Shown in pieces: positions 11,561 through 24,005 of a stretch of DNA of 61,200 bases. Within the stretch, counting starts at the first letter, position 1. The number at the start of each line of letters is the position of its first letter. The DNA is from Octopus sinensis. Its lineage: Eukaryota. A model generated the notes under the pieces. It was given only the letters and a program-made list of their open reading frames with translations, searched no databases and was not told the origin of the DNA. The translations under genes and the position numbers were made by a program. Location of the stretch: assembly GCF_006345805.1 (NCBI RefSeq), contig NW_021832972.1, forward strand, positions 1 through 61,200, written 5' to 3'.

Positions 11561-11815
11561 ATGATTTTATACTTCTTAATTCCTCCTCAAATCATTTATC
11601 TGTATGTATATATCTTTGTTTTTATAAAAGAAAGCCATTACTTCTATACCTAGTATGTATTTTCTTTGTTTCTTTTTACTTTTCCCCTATTTATACCATG
11701 TGTAGTCTTTTTCTTTTGAAACCAGTTTCGATTATATATATATATATATATGTATGTATGGATGTATGTATGTATGTATGTATGCATATATGTATGTATG
11801 TATGCATGCATGTAT

Positions 11816-12120
11816 AGGCACAGGAGTGGCTGTGTGGTAAGTAGCTTGCCCGCTGCATGGCATCTTGGGCAAGTGTTTTCTGCTATAGCCTCGGGCCGAC
11901 CAAAGCCTTGTGAGTGGATTTGGTAGACAGAAACTGAAAGAAGCCCATTGTATATATAGAAGCCCATTGTATATATATGTATATGTTTGTGTGTCTGTGT
12001 TTGTCCCCCCACCATCACTTGACAACTGATGTTGGTGTGTTTACATCTCCGTAACTTAGTGGTCCAGCAAAAGAGACTGGTAGAATAAATACTAGGCTTA
12101 CAAAGAATAGGTCTTGGAAT
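11816..12120 (+). mobile_element. tRNA-derived SINE, internally deleted and 3' truncated
   Basis: Homologous to 770-1179. Confidence 0.85.
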
Positions 12121-12479
12121 AAATATTGTTTTATTTTTCAGAAAAAGCTTCAATGGGTGTGGTAGCTGGTTCTCAACTCTATCTAGAATCATAATACATA
12201 AATATTGAGTAAAACCTACGTTTGCAAGATTAAATGGTGTTGGAAAATTTATATAGTATTGAGGAGTTGTGTAGAAAGAGAATAATTAATGTCTCTTTTA
12301 AGCATAGCTTCTTTTATTATGGACTAAGCCAATGTTTTGTGATTTCCTTATAATTTCCTTTTTCAGATTATAGTGTGCTAAAGATAACTCTGACATTAAT
12401 ATATCTTTTAGCTGTTTGACAACTTCTTGGCATCTTTGTATCAAATTCCATTTCATTCCTTTCTTTAGTAGGTAATTTA

Positions 12480-13520
12480 ATGGTGCTCACAAGTTATGAA
12501 CATTAGGGATGTAACTTTGGTAATAATTCACCAAACCTCAAAATGCTTATAATGTTGCCACATTCTTTGGTGGGGGCATATTTTTAATTGCTGATGCCCT
12601 GGTAGGATCTGGACACCGTCCCTTTCTATCTATGATTTGCCCCAAATATCTAATTTTAAGCAAAAATAAATCACACTTACCTGTACTCAGCTTGAACCTG
12701 TATTCACTCAGTTTTTTAAATACCTTTTTCACATGTTATACATGCAGACTTCTTGATTCACTCTTAACCAATATGTCATCAAGATATGCAATTGAAAATT
12801 CACAGTCTGCTAACATTGTATCCATAATCTGTTGGAAGATCGCCGTTGTGACTTTTATACCAAATGGTAACCTGTTGTATTTATACAGTCCTTTATGTGT
12901 GTTAATTGTTAGGTATTTAGAGCATTCATCATCTACTTCAGTTTGTAGATATGCATCAGAGAGATCCAATTTAGAAAATATCTTCCAACCGTTTAATTTC
13001 GCAAATATGTCCTTCAAAGTAGGCAGCAGATAGTTGAATGATTTAAGTCATATGTTTAACCCAGTGGAAAAATTAGCGCACTCTGATTTTATTATTCTTT
13101 TTCTTAATGTACACAGCTGATGATGCCCATTCAGAGTATTTAACTTTTTGGATAACTCCAATTTTTTCTAGTCTCTCTAAGTTTATTTGTTCTAACACTG
13201 CATACGGCACACTTCTTTTTGGTTTAAAAATTGGTACTGCATTCTCTCAGATTTTGCTTTTGTTTTTGAACATGCATCTAGTTCATCTGAAAATACATCT
13301 GGGAATACTTTCTTTAATTCCTTTTGCAATTTGTGTTAGAACTTGTGCTTGTACTTATTTCATTTTTGTAATAGTGTTAATGGGTAAATCCCAGAGATCG
13401 AATTTCTCCATCCAATACATTCCAAATAGGTTATTCGTATTATTTAGCTTTTGTAGTTTTCCTTAGTACTGGCTTACCTAACACACTCCATGTTTTGTTA
13501 TTTACTCTATATTATATTAA
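12480..13520 (-). pseudogene. Ty3/Gypsy pol remnant (end of protease region, RT, start of RNase H)
   Basis: FSKLDLSDAYLQ, NTHKGLYKYNRLPFGIK, IAYLDDILV, YLGQII and IKNMPPPKNV, with frameshifts. Confidence 0.9.
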
Positions 13521-13544
13521 AAATGAACTTCCATCTTGCTTGCA

Positions 13545-16275
13545 ATGTTACATAGCCAAATTGGGACATAATGGGAAAATACTATGAATTAAAGTCCTCC
13601 TGAAATGTAAATACAGACGGAATAAAACTAGTTTTGCATAAATAGGACTACTGGTTCTTAGATATTGGCGGTTTTGGGGGTATAAATACCTAAAATAGTG
13701 CATAATGGGAAAATACTCTGAAAATAACTTAACCCTGAAAGGGAAGAAACTCTAACCTTTCAATTAAACACATTATAATTAGTGACTTTAACTTGTCAAA
13801 AAAAAAAAAAAAATACAAGTTGTTTTTTACACTGAATGTTTCTGTTTTCACTTTTGTTAAACACAATATTTTAATCATTTAGAAATATTTTTAAGTGAAT
13901 GTGATTTCAAACATGTAAGTTGTTTGTACAGTAAGTATTTATATTTTAGCTTTCTTTAAACAGACAATATTTTAATCTTTTTAAAAATAATTTTCAAAAA
14001 TATTACAAAAATATTTTTGGCATGTTTAAAAAATATTTTAAAATGAAAATGACTTTAAAAATATGGTAAATATTTCGTAAAAGACCCATTTGTAACCTTG
14101 GTGTGAAATGATTTTTTCCATAGGTTTTTTCAAGTGCATTCAGTGTATCTCTCCACCAAAGATTTGGCTGCTATTTCTAGCTTGTCCTGCTACCACATAA
14201 CAGCTATTTATGATAAAGGACCCAAAATGCCTGTTACATGGTAGCAGCGCATGCAAGAAGTAGCAGCAAATCTTTCTTTTTCTGGGGAAAGGAGCTGTTT
14301 ACGCATGATTTCAATGTCACATTCATTGAAAGCATGTGAAATAACCCGGAAAAGAGAAAAAAATGCTCACAAAACAAAACCCTGTTGGTGGAAAACTCAG
14401 AATTTCCCAGTGAAAGGCAATGGTCTGTGGAACATTGATAAAGACTCAAATACGGCAAACCTCTTCCAGCATACAAGGTTGATTGTTTGGGATGAGTGTC
14501 CTATGATTTGGAGGCAAAGTTTTGAAGCTGTTGACCTTACTTTACATGACATATGCGACAGCAATAAGCTATTCAGTGGAATTTTGACAACTTGCTGTGG
14601 TGATTTCCATATGTTTCTGCAAGTAGTGAAAAGGGAAAATGATGCAGACATGGAAAATGCTTGCATTACAAAATCATACTTATCTTTGAAAAATTTCAGT
14701 TGGAAGACAAACAAGCAATTAAGTGAAGGAGCAGAGGACTACTCACAGTTCCTATTGGATATTGGAGAAGATAAGATCCAAAAAAATTGAAAATGATGAA
14801 ATTATTTTGCCAAAAGAAATGGTTCTCCAAGAAACAACTATGGATCGACAATCCAGGTGAAGTGTTTTCGAACAATTGCATCTTAGTACCTCTCAATCAA
14901 ATGACGAGAAGCGTCAATTCCATCTGTATCAGATTCTTCCCTGGAATCATAAAAGAGTACCGATCCTATAATTCTGTGATGCCAATGCCACTCATTTCCC
15001 AACTGAATTCCTTGATTTGGTTGAACTATCAGGACTGCCGCCACATAAGCTGGAATTGAAAAAAGGATTGCCCATAATTCTAATGAGAAACTTGAATCCT
15101 CCAAGGCTTTGTAATGGAATGCATATGATTGTGGAAGAACTGCATGACAATCTCATAGTAGTGAGAATCAACATTGCTGCTTTCAGAAATGAAATCCTTA
15201 TGATACAAAGAATAACAATTAATCTATCTGAAGGTGAGGCTATAATGGTGGTGCCCCAGCATGGCCACATCTTGTGAGCTGAAACTAGATAAAATTTTTT
15301 TTAAAATCTCTTTGCAGCGAAGCCAATTCTCAGTTCAATCAAGCTTCGCTATGACAAATCATAAAGCACAAGGACAAACTATGAAGAATGTCTTGATATC
15401 TGGAACAACCTGTATTCCAACATGGTCAACTCTATGTGTTCCTTAGGTGCAGAAAATAAAAGAATTTCAAAGTGTTTCAGAAGGATACCCTGTCAACCAA
15501 GAATGTTGTCATTAAAAGCATTCTTGCGAACAAACTGTAATAACATCACAATGAGAAAATATTCCTTCCAACATCAGAACATGAAAGGAAAAGGAAAAAC
15601 TAAGACAAGTGTAAGTAATTTCCTTCATTTCAATGCAATGTTGAATTCAGTTTCAATGTTTTTTAACCTGAACTGTTAGTGACTCAACGGAACCATTTAT
15701 GTGTGATATCGATGTCATATTTGTTGAAAGCATGCAAAGTAACCTGGAAAACAAAAAAAAAACCCCACAAAACAAAACTCCATTGATGGGAAACTCCACA
15801 ACCCCTCCCCCCTTTCTTTTCTGGAAGAAAGTGCTTTGAAGTAGGTTTGGAGGTGAGGTATGTTGAATGCACTTGAAAAAAATCTGTGAAAAAATTCACT
15901 CCGAAGTACGAATGGGTCCTTTATGAAATATTCACCCAAGATTGCGACAGGCATGTGAATAGAAGGGTCGAAGAGATTGATAAAGCAAGAGCTGAACATC
16001 TGACAAAACAGAGGGAAAGAGACAAAAGTAGATGTCATGAATCAGATGTTCATGTGAATACAAACAGAATAAAACAAGTTTTGCATAAATTGGACTATGA
16101 GTTACCGAGATATGCAGTATTTTTCAGGTACCTTTATAAATAGCCAAACTGGCATATAATGGGAAAAATGCTTTGAAAGTAAGGTACCATTTAAATGTAA
16201 ATACACACAGAATAACAGAAGTTTCACATAAATTGGACCATGGATTTCTGAGATGTGTGGTTTTTTTGGGTACCT
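13545..16275 (+). mobile_element. Helitron remnant with a PIF1-like helicase pseudogene (14251-15450)
   Basis: LIVWDECPM, GDFHMFLQVV, SGLPPHKLELKKGLPIILMRNLNPPRLCNG and FAMTNHKAQGQT. Related ~120-bp repeats lie at 13545-13700 and 16050-16270. Confidence 0.85.
15247..15294 (+). mobile_element. ~50-bp LINE 3'-tail micro-insertion inside the Helitron helicase
   Basis: GGTGGTGCCCCAGCATGGCCAC...GAGCTGAAAC matches the tails at 16645, 53639 and 59385. Confidence 0.7.
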
Positions 16276-17340
16276 TGAACTGTTGGTGACCCAATGGGTC
16301 ACAGGTAGTCTAGTATAGTTATATCACTCCCAGTATTGCGCTGTAATCTGACGTTTGTTCCATTTATTTTTATGTTTACAAACCTTCTATGTATTTCATT
16401 ATCCTTATCATTTTCAGATACACCAAATACATTTTTATTGTTTTCTATATGCATCATTTTTGGATTCTTTCCTTATTTTAGTACAACAATGGGAATTTTT
16501 AAGATTTTTGAATGGACAGTCGTACTGGTCATGTATTTGACCACATCTCATGCACGGATCCACTTTGCATTTTCTAATGTTTTCCTTTGGCCATTATAGC
16601 CTGTATGTTTGCTATGTCATATTCCTGTATTCTCTCATTGTCATAAATCCTTAAAAATGTTTTAGCCCGAAGGCCGCGGCCATGCTGGGGCACCACCACT
16701 GGTTCACTGGCAGTCTTCTGATAACTGTTGAAGAATAATATCCTGGTTCTGTTCTATCTTAGTCTATGTCCTTGGGTGAATTTCCAAATCTTGTTGTACT
16801 GTTAGTCTTTGAATGAATATCAGTCACTTAAACATATCTGTTATCAGTTCCTTTAATTTGAACTTTTCACACTCACAGTTTACTATTCCAGCATGAAGCC
16901 ATTCTCTACATTTTTCATCAGATTTAAACAGGACCATCTCGTGTTGAACAAAAAAAATTTAATGATGTGCTTAGTGTGTCCTCAAATTGTAGTTCTCCAG
17001 GTTTTTTGGGTAGTATATAATCAATATACTTCTTATGTTCCACCGGTGCTAATTTTCTTAGTAAAAGTCTTGTCTTTTGGTCTTCTTTCCAGTCTAAACA
17101 TTCCTTCTTGAATATTTCCTCAAACCAACTATAGTAAGTGGCAAATGTAACACCTTCATCTGGATTATATCTAAATTTGGCAATGAAACTTGCCAACGAA
17201 TCTGGTGTGAATGCATTTGTAGCATTTTTCATTTTCTTGAGGAGAACCTGTAAAACCTCATGTTGTTGTTTTTGCAACTCTGTTATGGCTGATAGTAATT
17301 CTTTCATGATAAACAAGATGAATTTTTTGATCTCATGAAC
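16275..17340 (-). pseudogene. Ty3/Gypsy gag-protease remnant
   Basis: FRYNPDEGVTFATYYSWFEEIF, LLLRKLAPVEHKKYIDYILPKKP, zinc knuckle PCMRCGQIHDQYDCP and protease-like VRLQRNTGSDITI. Confidence 0.85.
16645..16698 (-). mobile_element. CR1-like 3'-tail micro-insertion
   Basis: Near-identical to the terminal ~55 bp of the LINE at 59385. Confidence 0.8.
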
Positions 17341-17762
17341 CAAAAATATACAATTCACAAGAATTTTGAGTGAGTCTTGAACACTTCTTGTTGTCAGTGA
17401 CAGTATATGATGTGTGTGTGTGAGTGAGAGAGAGTATATCACAGTACCAAATATAACCATATAACAATAAGCAATGTAACAAGTTGGGTATGTTATTGTA
17501 ACATTTTGTACCATAACAGTCCAATACTCCAATGCTGAATCAATAATGAGACTAATGCTCTCACAATTTGACCTCATATCTACTGGCTCATCTATTTGTA
17601 AGACTTGTTCAGTTCACTGATAGTCATGTGCGGGGGTGTCAGCTTACTCCACAACAAAATATCTACTGCTGCTATTTATTAAAAGAAAATTGTGTGTGTG
17701 TGTGAACTTAATTTGAAGAAAGTCTCTTAGACCAAGGAATAAGGATTAGTAAATAGGGTCAC

Positions 17763-18915
17763 TATGTTCATGTGTGTTGACCTGATTACAAACACTAATG
17801 TGACTGTCCTTTTCCCAAATTTTCAGTTGGATCTGTTATACAGGAGATACAGAATCCTGTTATAGTCTGTACCATACATCTCTGGCCCTACTAACTTGTG
17901 ACTTATGGATTTCATAATTTATCTTTATATAGAAAGCACTATAAGTGTTTATGTCTTAATGATCTCAAATCTTTTTCTCTTCTCGGTAATTACCAATATG
18001 ATTTTCTCTGAGCCAAATTCATTAAAGGTTTTTACTAGTTGCTTATTGGGTTGTCAGATGAATTCATTCATTTTTTTTTCCGCCTTATTTTAATCTCTGT
18101 TTTTCATCATCAGTTTTAACAAATCAGTCATATATATAGTCTCCTTCATTGCACATTCCAATAGCATGTGAATGTCTTAACTCAAGGTTTTGCTTGTTTG
18201 TCAGGCTTCAACTGTTCTTTTTTCTGCTTCATACAGATGTAAAGACACCATTTTTCATTGATGTTGACAATGCAGTAAAGAAATCTCTATTTGTATTCAT
18301 GAGTAGTGTGATGTCAAGTGAGCAAACTAATGGTGATAGAGGAGCACTGGAATTTGTTTCTTTTGTTCAGTGCATGTACTGCTCATGGACTGCTAACAAT
18401 ATTGTTTAGATTCTTATGGCAGGGTCATAAGTTCATCACCATTCTATATTGTAAATTCATAGTTTCACTCCAGTCAAACTGGTTTTTACATGGTAATATA
18501 TAAGAAAAGGTGTAAATAATGGTCATTTCATATTTTTCTTTTATTAGAGTAAATTTGCATTACAGCTGTTTCCACTAGTCATTATAGGTACATTACTGAT
18601 AGGTTTATTCAATTGATCTATTGATCAGTTGAGAAAACTTGCACAACCCAAAAAATTAATGTTATTTTGTCAGAGCCATTTCTGGCTATAACAAAGAATG
18701 GTATGTGCATGGAGGAGAGAGGAAAAGAAAAGGGAAAAGCAAGTGGAATAGAGATAAAGAAGCAAAAGAAGACAAGTTACAATAAGGTAAAGAGAAGGAA
18801 AGGAAAGAAGAGAGGAAGGGGTCGATATGAGGAGAGGGAAAGGATGGCTGAAATTTGGGAAAAGGACAGTCATAAAACATTAGTGTTTGTAATCAGGTCA
18901 ACACACATGAACATA
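17763..18915. repeat. 64/68-bp inverted repeat pair (17763-17826 and 18848-18915)
   Basis: TATGTTCATGTGTGTTGACCTGATTACAAACACTAATG-TGACTGTCCTTTTCCCAAATTTTCAG and its reverse complement differ by two indels. Confidence 0.9.
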
Positions 18916-19006
18916 TTTGCATTGTTTTTAGGTTAGATATTCTCCAAATTTACGTCTATGAATTTGTGTTGCAAGATTCCTGATGTGAAACCACGTGTTG
19001 AAACAG

Positions 19007-19461
19007 ATATTGTTGTATTTCTCGGGATGGTCAAATTTTTTTTTTTTTGCCAAATAAACATACACACTATATATTCATTCTTCACTTGTTTATTACTGTT
19101 CTTATTTTAACTCGTGTCCACTGTCTAGAAATCTTTTGTCACACATCTGTGACCTCTTCAGTGGAATTTTCTGTCCTTATGTGTGTTCCTGCTCTGCTTA
19201 GTCCATTCTGTTCTTCTATGATATGTATGATACACATCGTAGAAGAACAGAATGGACTAAATAGAGCAGGAGCACACATGAAGATGGAAAGCATCACTGA
19301 AGAGGTCACAGATGTATGATGAAATTTTCTGGATAATGGACATGAGTTAAATAAGAACAGTAATAAATGAGTGAAGAATGAATATATAGTGTGTGTATTT
19401 ATTTGGCAAAAAGACCAAAAAAAAAACAAAACAAAATGACCATCCCAAAATACATCAATAT
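19007..19461. repeat. ~455-bp fold-back with a decayed HHR motif in each arm
   Basis: Diverged palindrome centred near 19229. CTGAAGA-GGTCA..TGAT-GAAA-TTTTC-TGGA at 19297-19333 and its mirror at ~19125-19165. Confidence 0.85.
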
Positions 19462-19469
19462 TTGGTTAT

Positions 19470-19687
19470 AGGTTTGGGAGAAACGTTAGCACACTGGGTG
19501 AAATGCTTAGCGGTACTTCGTCTGTCTTTATGTTCTGAGTTCAAATTCCAACGAGGTCGGCTTTACCTTTCATCCTTTTTTTTTGGGGGGGGGTCAATAA
19601 ATTAAGTACCAGTTGCATACTGGGGTCAATCTAATCAACTGGCCCCCACCCTAAAAATTTCAGGCCTTGTGCCTAGAGTAGAAAAGA
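19470..19687 (+). mobile_element. Second tRNA-derived SINE family
   Basis: B-box GAGTTCAAATTCC. The central CTTTCATCCTTT...GGGTCAATAAATTAAGTACC resembles a conserved SINE central domain (Meta-like, from memory). Confidence 0.75.
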
Positions 19688-20168
19688 GCATTTGGTTATT
19701 GGTGCTATCAAGCGTAGTAGGGGAATTGTATTAGAAAAGGAATGAAATATCAGTAGTAATCATATTGTGATGTGGAGGTTGAGAAAGCTTTTGTTTGCTA
19801 GGATATAAAATACTGATAGATTGAGAGATGTGAGGCTGAAATAAGATAAAGTCAAACTAAGTTATTTAAAAGTCAAATAACATTTAAAAAGTAGGGTATA
19901 ATTTTAAATTAAAACCATTAAAGGAGTTTTAAAAATTTAAACCTTTAAATAGATTACAGATTAAAATTTGAACTAAAATTAAAATATATAAATTTAACAT
20001 CAAAGCAAACTAAAAATTAAAAGAATTTTACAAAATAAAAGGTAAACTAAAACAATGATGATGATGACTATGACAATAATACTAACAAAAATAATAAAAT
20101 TAAATGAAAATAAATACATGAAATAAAATTTAAAAAATTTAAATATTGTAAAATTTAATGAAATAAAA

Positions 20169-20201
<33 letters not shown>

Positions 20202-20202
<1 letters not shown>

Positions 20203-20590
20203 CACAAAAGTGGCTGTGTGATAAGAAGCTTGCTTCCCAACCACATGGTTCTGGGTTCAGTCCCATTGTGTGGCACCTTGGCAAGTGTCTTCTACTATAG
20301 CCTTGGGCTGACCAAAGCCTTGTGAGTGGATTTGGTAGATGGAAACTGAAAGAAACCCGTTGTATATATGTATGTATTTGTGAGTCTGTGTTTGAACCCC
20401 CTGAAACATTGTTTGACAACTGGTGTTGGTGTGTTTACGTCCCTGTAACTTAGTGGTTCGGCAAAAGAGACCAATAGAATAAGTACTAGGCTTACAAAGA
20501 ATAAGTTCTGGGGTTGATTTGTTTTACTGAAGGTAGTGCTCCAGTATGGCTATAGTCAGAATGACTGAAATAAGTAAAAGAATAAAAGAA
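20202..20590 (+). mobile_element. tRNA-derived SINE (left parent of the duplication)
   Basis: Homologous to 770-1179. Confidence 0.9.
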
Positions 20591-20699
20591 TATATATAAA
20601 ATTAGGTAATTTGCATTTATCCCTTAGGCATCATACCTATTCCAACCAATGTTTCTCACTGTAGTGTTAAAGTTATCTAGGGAACCTGCTGAAGGATTT

Positions 20700-20960
20700 A
20701 TTATAGAAATGCTTACAGTGTATCACTAATTACTGCATACAGTTAATAAGGTTATAATAATAATGTATTTAGAGTGACTCCTCTAGGCAAAGTTCACATC
20801 TACTTCTTCTTATTCCATATGGTTTTGTTTGACTTAGGATTAACCATTTTAGTTCATATTCTGTCTTTTTGTCCTTAAGTTGCCATATTAGCTTGCTAAG
20901 TGGTGTCACATTTTCCTGTTGTGTTTGAATGACAAGATGTTGTAATAACAAGCTTAAATG
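20700..20960 (-). pseudogene. PLE GIY-YIG C-terminal remnant (second copy at ~22180-22440)
   Basis: TPLSKLIWQLKDKKTEYELKWLILSQTKPYGIRRSRCELCLEE. Confidence 0.75.
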
Positions 20961-21681
20961 TCATTGCACAACATCCTAAAGAATTGTTAATTTTGTTCCA
21001 GGTTACTACTGCACATTTATAGACTATGTTCTTTTCTAGACATGATTTATATATATTTCAGTGTTTGTTTGGGTGACATAGTTTTTGACTGAGTAATTGT
21101 CTTTTTGAAACTACTCCTACTGCTAAATACTTAATTTTTGTCTGTCAAGTAACCTAGAACAAGCAGAATTATGAACTTTGTCCAAAAGAGCAATGTAGTA
21201 ATTCTTGTAAGATTTGAACTTAAAATTATGAGATCAATTGTCAAACTTTATGCTTTTTTCTTACATTGATCTATTTGTTATCATTGTGTGCACTGTATTA
21301 CTCTTTGCCTTCTCTTTCTTCATTCAGAACTTATGTACAAAAATCTCAATACTCATTAGCAGATATGCATAACCTCTATAAGCAGATATCCCAGAAACAC
21401 CCTTCAATAGAGACATAACAACCTTGTCATTCATCAACACCTAACAGACCACATAATATCCACAGCTTCAGACCTTCCTTACTCTTCATCAATATATAGC
21501 TAAAACTTTCTGTCTTTTCAAATGCTAAACTTTGCTGCCTCTGATGATCTTTTCTCCCCCTCCATTCCCATGTCTAGGCCTATCAACCAACTAATTACAA
21601 ACCAGATGTTGCAACACAAATGTTGAATTTTTTCAGACCTAAAAAATACATCAGTCCTGAAAAGTTTCAGAAATATATAGG

Positions 21682-22069
21682 TGCAGGAGTGGCTGTGTGG
21701 GAAGCAGGTTGCTTACCAACCACATGGTTCTGGGTTCAGTCCCATTGTGTGGCACCTTGGCAAGTGTCTTCTACTATAGCCTTGGGCTGACCAAAGCCTT
21801 GTGAGTGGATTTGGTAGATGGAAACTGAAAGAAACCCGTTGTATATATGTATGTATTTGTGAGTCTGTGTTTGAACCCCCTGAAACATTGTTTGACAACT
21901 GGTGTTGGTGTGTTTACGTCCCTGTAACTTAGTGGTTCGGCAAAAGAGACCAATAGAATAAGTACTAGGCTTACAAAGAATAAGTTCTGGGGTTGATTTG
22001 TTTTACTGAAGGTAGTGCTCCAGTATGGCTATAGTCAGAATGACTGAAATAAGTAAAAGAATAAAAGAA
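21682..22069 (+). mobile_element. Chimeric SINE at the duplication junction
   Basis: The 5' part is identical to the 23162 copy and the 3' part is identical to the 20202 copy. Confidence 0.9.
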
Positions 22070-23161
22070 TATATATAAAATTAGGTAATTTGCATTTATC
22101 CCTTAGGCATCATACCTATTCCAACCAATGTTTCTCACTGTAGTGTTAAAGTTATCTAGGGAACCTGCTGAAGGATTTATTATAGAAATGCTTACAGTGT
22201 ATCACTAATTACTGCATACAGTTAATAAGGTTATAATAATAATGTATTTAGAGTGACTCCTCTAGGCAAAGTTCACATCTACTTCTTCTTATTCCATATG
22301 GTTTTGTTTGACTTAGGATTAACCATTTTAGTTCATATTCTGTCTTTTTGTCCTTAAGTTGCCATATTAGCTTGCTAAGTGGTGTCACATTTTCCTGTTG
22401 TGTTTGAATGACAAGATGTTGTAATAACAAGCTTAAATGTCATTGCACAACATCCTAAAGAATTGTTAATTTTGTTCCAGGTTACTACTGCACATTTATA
22501 GACTATGTTCTTTTCTAGACATGATTTATATATATTTCAGTGTTTGTTTGGGTGACATAGTTTTTGACTGAGTAATTGTCTTTTTGAAACTACTCCTACT
22601 GCTAAATACTTAATTTTTGTCTGTCAAGTAACCTAGAACAAGCAGAATTATGAACTTTGTCCAAAAGAGCAATGTAGTAATTCTTGTAAGATTTGAACTT
22701 AAAATTATGAGATCAATTGTCAAACTTTATGCTTTTTTCTTTACATTGATCTATTTGTTATCATTGTGTGCACTGTATTACTCTTTGCCTTCTCTTTCTT
22801 CATTCAGAACTTATGTACAAAAATCTCAATACTCATTAGCAGATATGCATAACCTCTATAAGCAGATATCCCAGAAACACCCTTCAATAGAGACATAACA
22901 ACCTTGTCATTCATCAACACCTAACAGACCACATAATATCCACAGCTTCAGACCTTCCTTACTCTTCATCAATATATAGCTAAAACTTTCTGTCTTTTCA
23001 AATGCTAAACTTTGCTGCCTCTGATGATCTTTTCTCCCCCTCCATTCCCATGTCTAGGCCTATCAACCAACTAATTACAAACCAGATGTTGCAACACAAA
23101 TGTTGAATTTTTTCAGACCTAAAAAATACATCAGTCCTGAAAAGTTTCAGAAATATATAGG

Positions 23162-23572
23162 TGCAGGAGTGGCTGTGTGGGAAGCAGGTTGCTTACCAAC
23201 CACATGGTTCTGGGTTCAGTCCCACTGTATGGCACCTTGGGCAAGTGTCTTCTACTATAGCCTCGGGCCAACCAAAGCCTTGTGAGTGGATTTAGTAGAC
23301 GGAAACTGAAAGAAGCCCGTTGTATATATGTATATATATATATATGTGTGTGTGTGTGTTTGTATGTCTGTGTTTGTCCCCCCCCCCCAACAACGCTTGA
23401 CTACCGATGCTGGTGTGTTTATGTCCCTGTAACTTAGTGGTTCGGCAAAAGAGACCGATAGAATAAGTACTAGGTTTACAAAGAATAAGTCCTGGGGTCG
23501 ATTTGCTTGACTAAAGGCAGTGCTCCAGCATGGCCACAGTCAAATGACTGAAACAAGTAAAAGAATAAAAGA
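23162..23572 (+). mobile_element. tRNA-derived SINE (right parent of the duplication)
   Basis: Full length, with (TAAAAGA)n tail. Confidence 0.9.
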
Positions 23573-23937
23573 GTATATGCTAAAGAAAAATTATTAATTC
23601 ATTATGTTGGCCATCACATGCTAAACCATGTCCTCCTCCTCCTACTGCTGCTGTTGTGGCATCTATTACTTTAAATTTGGTTGTATTATAGATTATCTAC
23701 CTAAACCTACTTATCCATCTTATTTGTTACTTCTACCTTTTGCCACTTAACTCTGAACAGTTTCCATCTCCCTAATTGCATTTCTCCCTATGTTGCTCTC
23801 TATGTTTCTACTCATCAACTATATAGCAAAGCTCCCTACCCCACCTCAAAGAGATTGGGAAAGCTATTGGTACTGCCTTTTCAGCTGACATTTAATTTTA
23901 TACAAAAATACATATTGAACAATTATTTTCACAACAG

Positions 23938-24005
23938 GTGTTTTATGGAGACATTTGGAACCTATCCCTGGAGCATCAGATACTGTTAAAAAGTTGAAGA
24001 AACTG
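23938..24005 (+). CDS. PGP: HAD-IIA phosphatase (PGP/chronophin-like) internal exon: (G)VLWRHLEPIPGASDTVKKLKKL
   Basis: ACAG acceptor and GTTAGT donor; 68 nt, phase 1 to 0. Continues HAD motif I (DxDG-VLW) and is in frame with 31616. Confidence 0.85.

Larger units (their letters stand above)
20237..23195. repeat. 1479/1480-bp near-perfect tandem duplication
   Basis: Identical ORFs at 20769 and 22248. I saw only a 1-nt homopolymer difference (~21260 vs ~22740). Confidence 0.97.

Noticed and set aside
14251-15450. Host PIF1 helicase gene
   Set aside because: Intronless, frameshifted, carries a TE micro-insertion and is flanked by Helitron-type repeats.
18978-19006. CTGATGTG...GAAAC as a hammerhead
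   Set aside because: The core is not CUGANGA and I could not form stems I and II convincingly.
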